This document shows positions 25,990-32,000 of a DNA stretch of 32,000 bases, one piece after another. Source of the DNA: Coprobacillaceae bacterium (lineage in GTDB: Bacteria; Bacillota_I; Bacilli_A; Erysipelotrichales; Coprobacillaceae); NCBI GenBank assembly GCA_963675915.1, contig OY780959.1:1110001-1142000 (forward strand), given 5' to 3'. The notes beneath the pieces were generated by a model. The model searched no databases. It was not told the DNA's origin and worked only from the letters and a program-made list of their open reading frames with translations. Numbering within the stretch: position 1 is the first letter of the stretch; each line of letters begins with the position of its first letter. The position numbers and the translations under genes were made by a program.

Positions 25990-26025
25990 GCCACGATTTT
26001 TGCCACGATTTTTACCATCATTTTT
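25990..26025. repeat. three tandem 12-mers (GCCACGATTTTT, GCCACGATTTTT, ACCATCATTTTT)
   Basis: Read directly. Two perfect units plus one with 3 mismatches, 46 nt outside the IS end. Confidence 0.8.
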
Positions 26026-26071
26026 ACTTAGGAAGTTCAGAAATATGTGGCGCAAGGCTAAAAATATCAAC

Positions 26072-27571
26072 AATTGGTTTTGTCAAGAAAAGTGTGTAAG
26101 TAATTTTTCAAAGAGCTGTTAGCGCAAATATTTTTGCAGCCGTGACGAAAACGAGTCGTTTATAGTCAGTTGGTTCAGCACTTGAGACCAACCGCGAATA
26201 ACTCCGCCATTCCATTTATTCTCTAATTCAACACTGCGCAAATATAAGAGTTTGAACAAGGCGTTTTCATTTGGGAAGGCGCCTTTTTTCGTCACCTTCC
26301 TAAAACTTGAGTTGATTGCCTCAATTGCATTTGTGGTATACATAATTTTGCGTACGGCACTGCCGTAATCATAGAGTTGCTCCACAAATTTGAAATTGCG
26401 TTTCCACACATCGAGTGCCCCTGGATATTCATGCCAAGTGCTTTGTAATATATCAAATGCGTGAGTGGCTGCTTTAAGATTTATAGCGCCATATACTTTT
26501 TTGAGATCTTAAGTGAATTTCTTATAATCTTTACTCGGGACGTAGCGTAATGAGTTTCTAATCAAATGAACAATGCAGCGTTGGACAATTACTTTTGGGA
26601 AAATGGCTTTAGCACCATCTTCTAGACCGCTGACGCCATCCATAGATACGAAGAAGACATCTTCCAAACCACGAGCTTTTAATTCATCAAATATTTGCAT
26701 CCAATAGTTTTTGCTTTCGCTCTCACTTAACCATAGGCCAAGAATTTCCTTGTGGCCATTAAGGTCGTATCCCAAAATTGTATAAACAGCGCATTCTTTG
26801 GCTTCGTAACCACTTCTTAGTGTAACGTACATGCAATCAACGAACAGAAAAGCATAGCATCTCTGTAATGGACGATTACGCCATTCTTCTAATTGCGGAA
26901 TGATTGTGTCGGTAATATCCGAAATCATCTCGTGTGATATCTCGAATCCGTATATTTCTTCGACTGTCTTTGAAATATCTCGCTGAGACATCCCGCGGGC
27001 ATACATCGAAATCACCTTGCCTTCAATAGCAGAAACATCACGTTTTCTCTTAGGAACTATTTGGGGTTCAAACGAACCGTCTCGGTCCCGAGGAACATCA
27101 ACATCAACTTTTCCGTGAGACGTCTTGAGAGTTTTCTTGCCATAGCCGTTTCGGCGATTATCACCATCTTTGGGCCCTTTGTCATTATTTTCGTAGCCAA
27201 GATGATTGTTCATCTCGCCTTGGAGCATCCCTTCAAATAGTGATCCGAAAATATCTTTAAGGGCATCATTCATATCATCGACCGATTCCGGGTTATATTG
27301 TTTCAGTATTTCTTGTGCGAGTGCAGCAGTGTTAGGATTTCGTTTGGTTTTGGCCATAATCTAGATTCCTCCTGTATTTTTCCATTATATCATAGACAAA
27401 ATTAAAAACCGTGAAGTTATGCCGTACGCGCACAACTTACACGGTTAATATTACACTCTCTCACAATTTGAAAAAACTTTCTAATAACTTATTTCAATCT
27501 CTAGAAGATTCATTCTAATAGTATCCGAAGCAAAGCGTTATAAAAACACACTTTTCTTGACAAACCCAATT
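26072..27571 (-). mobile_element. IS256-family insertion sequence (about 1.5 kb) with 26-bp terminal inverted repeats
   Basis: AATTGGTTTTGTCAAGAAAAGTGTGT (26072..26097) versus the reverse complement of 27546..27571 (AATTGGGTTTGTCAAGAAAAGTGTGT): 25 of 26 match. The repeats enclose the transposase frame. Confidence 0.85.
26119..27357 (-). pseudogene. IS256-family (Mutator-type) transposase interrupted by one in-frame TAA
   Basis: Track ORFs 26509..27357 and 26119..26409 are in the same frame (1239 nt in total). The translation reads ...SKDYKKFT*DLKKVYGAINLKAATHAFDILQSTWHEYPGALDVWKRNF...IMYTTNAIEAINSSFRKVTK. The stop is at 26509..26511. Confidence 0.8.
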
Positions 27572-27628
27572 CCTTTGTAATCCTCTTAAAACACATACAC
27601 AAACTGTTTAAGTAACAATAACTGTGAT

Positions 27629-27690
27629 TTCAATAAATATTCTTACTTATGAGATTTCGATAGCTAATAGTGTAAATGAATATTTATTGA
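27629..27690. repeat. perfect 13-bp inverted repeat separated by 36 nt
   Basis: TCAATAAATATTC (27629..27641) and GAATATTTATTGA (27678..27690), between the IS end and the micro-ORF. Confidence 0.8.
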
Positions 27691-27704
27691 CCACCTGCAT
27701 TATT

Positions 27705-27827
27705 TTATTTTTTCTTTTCGAGCTTCTTTTTCAATCTATCTATGTTTGAAGTGTCTTTCTTTGTCTTTTTTTGATTGATCTCAAAATTCTCTATTTTTCT
27801 ATTTTCTTGCTTTTTATTTTCACACAT
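27705..27827 (-). CDS. candidate Lys-rich micro-ORF (40 aa, MCENKKQENRKIENFEINQKKTKKDTSNIDRLKKKLEKKK)
   Basis: Not in the ORF track (too short). The ATG lies 2 nt after the TAG of the upstream gene, with GGAGGA 9 nt upstream. Composition is low-complexity, so coding status is uncertain. Confidence 0.3.
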   Translation of the reverse strand: MCENKKQENRKIENFEINQKKTKKDTSNIDRLKKKLEKKK

Positions 27828-27829
27828 AA

Positions 27830-28498
27830 CTAGGAATCCTCCATTTCTTTGTATATTAGCACTTTCATTTGATTTTTATAATCCAGATACGTCTTATCTA
27901 ATTCAATCAGATTTTTGTCCTTTAATTCAGTAAATAACTTTTTTTCTATTAGTGATATTTGTATATCATCTTGCATACGAGAATTTGATATCTCGTTAAT
28001 GAATCCAAAATCAATTATTTCATTCTCCACTAGACCATATATCTCAACTGGTATTGACTCTTTCGCTTTTACAAAATATTCTTGATAAATGTTATCATAA
28101 CCAAATATTTTATAGTTGTTATCTATATTTACCCAATTATTGTAAATGTACGTAATAACATTTTTAGAAGCTAATACAAATAATAATGAAAATAGAGTTG
28201 ATATTATTAGCAATAAAATTATATTACGAATTGCATCAATCGGAAATTCAAGCAAATTAGAAATATCCGAAACTGAAGTTATTTCAATTATTTGATCACT
28301 ATTAAAAACAATATTTCTGATTCGATTAAAACTGATTAGAATCGAAAAAGTTGTTAACACAGGAAAATTAAAGATTAAACTAATGAAATATTTACTAAGG
28401 CTATCATCATCTTTTCCATATCCAACCCAAATAATTGTTAAAACATAATAAATAATAAACCCTGGTAATAAACATAATAAAACCAATAATGTGTCCAT
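27830..28498 (-). CDS. hypothetical membrane protein (222 aa): three predicted TM helices plus a C-terminal domain of about 110 aa
   Basis: RBS AAGGAGGAATAG-ATG. It starts 72 nt downstream of hsdR with no terminator seen between. Very AT-rich. No motif recognised. Confidence 0.7.
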   Translation of the reverse strand: MDTLLVLLCLLPGFIIYYVLTIIWVGYGKDDDSLSKYFISLIFNFPVLTTFSILISFNRIRNIVFNSDQIIEITSVSDISNLLEFPIDAIRNIILLLIISTLFSLLFVLASKNVITYIYNNWVNIDNNYKIFGYDNIYQEYFVKAKESIPVEIYGLVENEIIDFGFINEISNSRMQDDIQISLIEKKLFTELKDKNLIELDKTYLDYKNQMKVLIYKEMEDS

Positions 28499-28570
28499 CT
28501 ATTCCTCCTTAGTATTCGATTTCGTTTTTGAATAATATACTATTGAATTTAGTGCACTTGATAATTATTT

Positions 28571-31500
28571 TCAAGCTCCCACACCTATACCAAAATACTT
28601 TTCAAAATATGTTTTCAACTTCTCAATTACCCCCTGCTTTTTCTCAGCCCTTGCCCCGCCACCAAATCTGGAGACTGGCGGCAATAGCTTGTCAATATCG
28701 GTGCCAAACGTCTTAATTTCACCATCACGGAATGCACCTTCCAAGAATCTACGTGTGTCCTCTGGTTTTAGTTTCTCCTCGGTGATAATAGTTTGGAGAT
28801 CGGCTTCCCTCTGTTCGGCAACATAATCGCGCCATTCATTCATAATGTCGTCAGCGTCGTTAATACCTGCAATGAATGTCTCGATAAGTTGCTTCTTGCT
28901 TCGAAGTTCATGACTTGCATCAATTGCCTTTTGGATGGTGATTAATACTTCTTTGTCCTCACAATGAGTGCTGTGGTATTTCTGCACAAGCATAAGAATG
29001 TAATCGATGTTGATCTCTATTTGTTTGATTAGTTCTACTTCGAAAACCACATCATCACTTATGTCTATACTTTCACCTGTTTCACGCATACGTTTCCACT
29101 CATCACGCAGATCCTGGTACCTGCCCAGGTAGTCTTGCAAATCACGTTCAGAGATCAATTCTTGCCCTTCAAATTCATCAAATGAAATTAGCAAGTTTCG
29201 CATTCTGAGGATTGAACCAAACAAGGCAATAAAGTCTTTTTGTTTTTGTTCTCCTGTAATTCGCGGCTCAGCTAGTGGGTACTTTTCAAAAAGTTCATTC
29301 ATGATATCCATATAACCAGGAACTGGCTTACCATTTTCATTAACATAGCCATGGTAATAATCATTGAAGCTTTTCATCAAGACTATTCCACCAGCATCTT
29401 TATCACCGAAAAGCGAAATTGCGCTATCAACACGCTTTTGCAAGTTTCTGAAACATACTATATTTCCAAAGGTTTTGATAGAATTCAATATCCGGTTGGT
29501 TCTTGAGAATGCTTGAATCAAGCCATGCATCCTAAGGTTTTTGTCCACCCACAAGGTGTTAAGCGTTGTTGCATCGAAACCGGTCAGGAACATATTAACT
29601 ACAATCAACAAATCAAGTTCTTTATTCTTCATTCGTAGCGATATGTCTTTGTAGTAATTTTGGAATTTTTCGCTGGATGTATCATAGTTAGTATGGAACA
29701 TTTCATTGTAGTCTTTGATTGCAGCTTCCAGAAATTCTCTCGAGTTTTGATCAAGTGCAGAGGTGTCTTCAGGGTTCTCTTCATCCAAAATTCCATCTGT
29801 TTCTTCTTCGTTAGCCGCATAGCTGAAGATTGTGGCTACACGCAGCTTTTTTAATGGATCCGCCGCTATCTGTTTTTTGAATTCTTGATAGTACAGTTTA
29901 GCCATTGGCACAGAGGCTACAGCGAAGATTGAGTTAAATCCACTTAATCTTTGCTTTTGCTTAATCTCTTCGACCGCTCCTCTTTGTGCAGATGCCACTT
30001 CAGAGATATTGGTCAATGAATTGAACACATAAGTTTTATCACCTCGATAGGTTTTTTGATCGAAGTGATTAAGTATATATTCCGTAACTAGAGAAATCCG
30101 TTGTGGAGCCATCATAGCTTTTTCCCGGTTAATATCCCACACCATTTCATCATCAATTTCTTCTTCTACATCCATTGTCTTAATATAGTCGACGCGGAAC
30201 GGAAGGACGTTTTTATCATTAATCGCATCCACAATCGTATAGGTATGAAGTTGATCTCCGAAAGTTTGCCCGGTAGTGAGGAATTCCAAATTTTTCTTAG
30301 AAGAGGTCGTATTTGCCGGGAATATTGGTGTACCAGTGAATCCAAACAAATGATATTTCTTGAAATTCTTGACAATTGCTGCATGCATATCACCAAACTG
30401 ACTCCGGTGACATTCATCAAAGATAATTACGACGTGCTTTGTGAATACTTCATGACCTTTGTACTTTTTAATGAAGGTTGCAAGTTTTTGAATCGTTGTA
30501 ATAATTATATGAGCGTTAGGATCTTCCAACTGCCTTTTCAGCACCGATGTGGAGGTGTTGCTATTGGCAGCTCCCTTTTCAAACCGATCATATTCCTTCA
30601 TGGTCTGGTAATCCAGATCCTTACGGTCTACCACGAACAGAACCTTATCAATGTATGGCAATAACGATGCAAGTCGCGCAGATTTGAAAGAAGTTAATGT
30701 TTTACCTGATCCAGTAGTATGCCAGATGTACCCGCCACCTTCAACTCTGCCATATTTTTTATAGTTGTTTGCAATCTCGATTCTGTTTAATATACGTTCA
30801 GTTGCAGTAATCTGATAAGGTCGCATGACCATTAGCATATTTTCAGAAGTGAAAATACAATATTTTGTCAGAATATTAAGAATAGTGTGTCTAGCAAAAA
30901 ATGTCTTTGTAAAATCAATTAGATCCGGAATAACACGATTATTTGCATCAGACCAGAATGAAGTAAATTCAAAACTGTTACTTGTCTTTCCTCTCTTGGA
31001 CCTTCCAGTATTTGATTCTTTAATGGCATTGAATCGGGTACTGTTAGAATAGTACTTGGTGTTTGTTCCATTGGAGATGACAAACATTTGCACGTATTCA
31101 AACAATCCACTTCCAGCCCAAAAAGAATCCCTTTGATAGCGGTCAATTTGATTGAAGGCTTCCCTGATTGGCACTCCTCGTCGCTTAAGCTCAACATGGA
31201 CTAAGGGTAACCCATTGACTAAAATTGTGACATCATAGCGATTGTCATATTTGGCACCATCAGCAGTTCCTATAACATATTGATTAATTACTTGCAGATA
31301 ATTATTGTGGATATTACTCTTGTCAATTAACTTAATGTTTTTTGAACTTCCATCATCTCGTTCCAAAACCTGAACGTAATCTTCCTGAATTTTTCTCGTA
31401 TTTTCAACAATGTGCTCATTCAAGTTTGCTATTGAAGTCGTGAAAAAACGATCCCATTCAGATTCTGAGAATTGGTATTTGTTTAATAGTTCCAATCTTT

Positions 31501-31693
31501 TACGAAGATTATCGATAAGCCCTGTGTCTGAAGAGATTCGCAAATATTCGTATCCCTGTTCAGTAAGTAAACGTATAAATTCTTTTTCCAATTCAGCTTC
31601 ACTTTGATATTTGTCAGAACGCGCCTTTACCGGTTCGTATTCTGTAACAACTGTATTTTCAGTGGTCTGGGCAACAATATTGAAATATGACAT
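28571..31693 (-). CDS. hsdR: type I restriction endonuclease, R subunit
   Basis: N-terminal nuclease region DVTILVNGLPLVHVELKRRG, helicase motif I TTGSGKT, motif II DECHRSQ; 1040 aa. RBS AGGAGA. Confidence 0.95.
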   Translation of the reverse strand: MSYFNIVAQTTENTVVTEYEPVKARSDKYQSEAELEKEFIRLLTEQGYEYLRISSDTGLIDNLRKRLELLNKYQFSESEWDRFFTTSIANLNEHIVENTRKIQEDYVQVLERDDGSSKNIKLIDKSNIHNNYLQVINQYVIGTADGAKYDNRYDVTILVNGLPLVHVELKRRGVPIREAFNQIDRYQRDSFWAGSGLFEYVQMFVISNGTNTKYYSNSTRFNAIKESNTGRSKRGKTSNSFEFTSFWSDANNRVIPDLIDFTKTFFARHTILNILTKYCIFTSENMLMVMRPYQITATERILNRIEIANNYKKYGRVEGGGYIWHTTGSGKTLTSFKSARLASLLPYIDKVLFVVDRKDLDYQTMKEYDRFEKGAANSNTSTSVLKRQLEDPNAHIIITTIQKLATFIKKYKGHEVFTKHVVIIFDECHRSQFGDMHAAIVKNFKKYHLFGFTGTPIFPANTTSSKKNLEFLTTGQTFGDQLHTYTIVDAINDKNVLPFRVDYIKTMDVEEEIDDEMVWDINREKAMMAPQRISLVTEYILNHFDQKTYRGDKTYVFNSLTNISEVASAQRGAVEEIKQKQRLSGFNSIFAVASVPMAKLYYQEFKKQIAADPLKKLRVATIFSYAANEEETDGILDEENPEDTSALDQNSREFLEAAIKDYNEMFHTNYDTSSEKFQNYYKDISLRMKNKELDLLIVVNMFLTGFDATTLNTLWVDKNLRMHGLIQAFSRTNRILNSIKTFGNIVCFRNLQKRVDSAISLFGDKDAGGIVLMKSFNDYYHGYVNENGKPVPGYMDIMNELFEKYPLAEPRITGEQKQKDFIALFGSILRMRNLLISFDEFEGQELISERDLQDYLGRYQDLRDEWKRMRETGESIDISDDVVFEVELIKQIEINIDYILMLVQKYHSTHCEDKEVLITIQKAIDASHELRSKKQLIETFIAGINDADDIMNEWRDYVAEQREADLQTIITEEKLKPEDTRRFLEGAFRDGEIKTFGTDIDKLLPPVSRFGGGARAEKKQGVIEKLKTYFEKYFGIGVGA

Positions 31694-31709
31694 GCGCTCT
31701 GTCTCCTTT

Positions 31710-32000
31710 CTATGAAAGTTCTTTAAATGTTAGTAATTTGTCGCGATAGTATTCATATTGCTTTTGACGAGCTTCGATTTCAGCCGGGAGGCCAGTGGTG
31801 ATGTCATTGCAAAGTTTATCAAAGCGGTCAAGAATATCTACTATTCGTGCTTGCTCATTAAATGGTGGTAAAGGAATTTCGATCTTATTCAGATTTTTTT
31901 GATTTAACTTAGGTTGTGCTGCGCCTGTAATATAAAAAGACAAGTCAATAGAATTTAGATAAAATTCAACATATCTTCTAGTTTCATATTTTTCGAATTT
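31710..32000 (-). CDS. hsdS: type I R-M specificity subunit, C-terminal part (gene continues beyond the window)
   Basis: The frame is open from the window edge (KFEKYETRRYVEFYLNSID...). Conserved tail reads IEIPLPPFNEQARIVDILDRFDKLCNDITTGLPAEIEARQKQYEYYRDKLLTF. The stop lies 16 nt before the hsdR start. Confidence 0.85.
   Translation of the reverse strand, partial: KFEKYETRRYVEFYLNSIDLSFYITGAAQPKLNQKNLNKIEIPLPPFNEQARIVDILDRFDKLCNDITTGLPAEIEARQKQYEYYRDKLLTFKELS

Noticed and set aside
25990-26025. The tandem 12-mers could be a miniature CRISPR or iteron array.
   Set aside because: There are only three contiguous units with no spacers. They are far too short for CRISPR repeats, and no cas or rep genes are nearby. 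Kept only as a repeat feature.
26509-26511. The in-frame TAA in the IS256 transposase could reflect stop-codon reassignment or programmed read-through.
   Set aside because: TAA clearly terminates well-conserved genes in this window (rpsD at 25870..25872, serpin 1 and serpin 2). IS256-family transposases are not known to need recoding. A simple nonsense mutation, or a base-call error, is more economical.
1-32000. tRNA, rRNA, tmRNA or CRISPR loci anywhere in the window.
   Set aside because: No cloverleaf-like GC-rich 70-90 nt segments, rRNA-like conserved blocks or regularly spaced repeats were seen by eye in intergenic regions. A tRNAscan, Infernal or minced run would be needed to be certain.

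Overview
This window looks like a gene-dense chromosomal segment from a low-GC Gram-positive (Bacillota-like) bacterium. That guess rests on strong GGAGG-type ribosome binding sites (RBS), TTG/GTG starts, sigma-A-like promoters and hairpin+T-run terminators. Most genes are on the minus strand.

Content from left to right:
- An orphan cluster (147..2900): a Cys-rich protein gene, a membrane-anchored protein gene and its decayed tandem paralog, next to the stump of a patB/malY-like gene.
- Housekeeping and accessory genes: iadA, a YbjQ-like gene, a small membrane protein, a YczE-like membrane protein, an orphan 2-TM protein and a TauE/SafE permease.
- A lipoprotein type-B carboxylesterase, two tandem RpiR/MurR regulators, then serpin 1.
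- rarD.
- An apparently full-length group II intron (13519..15558). It has GTGCG at the 5' end, recognisable domains V and VI, and an intact RT/maturase ORF.
- A redox trio: an aldo/keto reductase (AKR) fused to a 2x[4Fe-4S] domain, an iron-sulfur flavoprotein-like gene and a second AKR.
- Serpin 2, then a membrane GGDEF cyclase.
- An operon of DUF3783-like gene, pyrF, pyrE, a polytopic membrane protein and a CPBP protease.
- rpsD.
- An IS256-family element whose transposase carries one in-frame TAA.
- An AT-rich island carrying the end of a type I R-M operon (hsdS partial, hsdR) trailed by two orphan genes.

No tRNA, rRNA or CRISPR array was recognised.

Best candidates for something undescribed:
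1. The very AT-rich 3-TM protein gene plus a Lys-rich micro-ORF, apparently co-transcribed behind hsdR.
2. The pair of membrane-anchored serpin paralogs with a conserved promoter core but divergent reactive-centre loops.
3. The left-end orphan cluster, whose three promoters share a TTGGGGTAAAA-type motif.

All family calls come from motif recognition by eye, and no database search was possible. Boundaries of RNA and regulatory elements are approximate.
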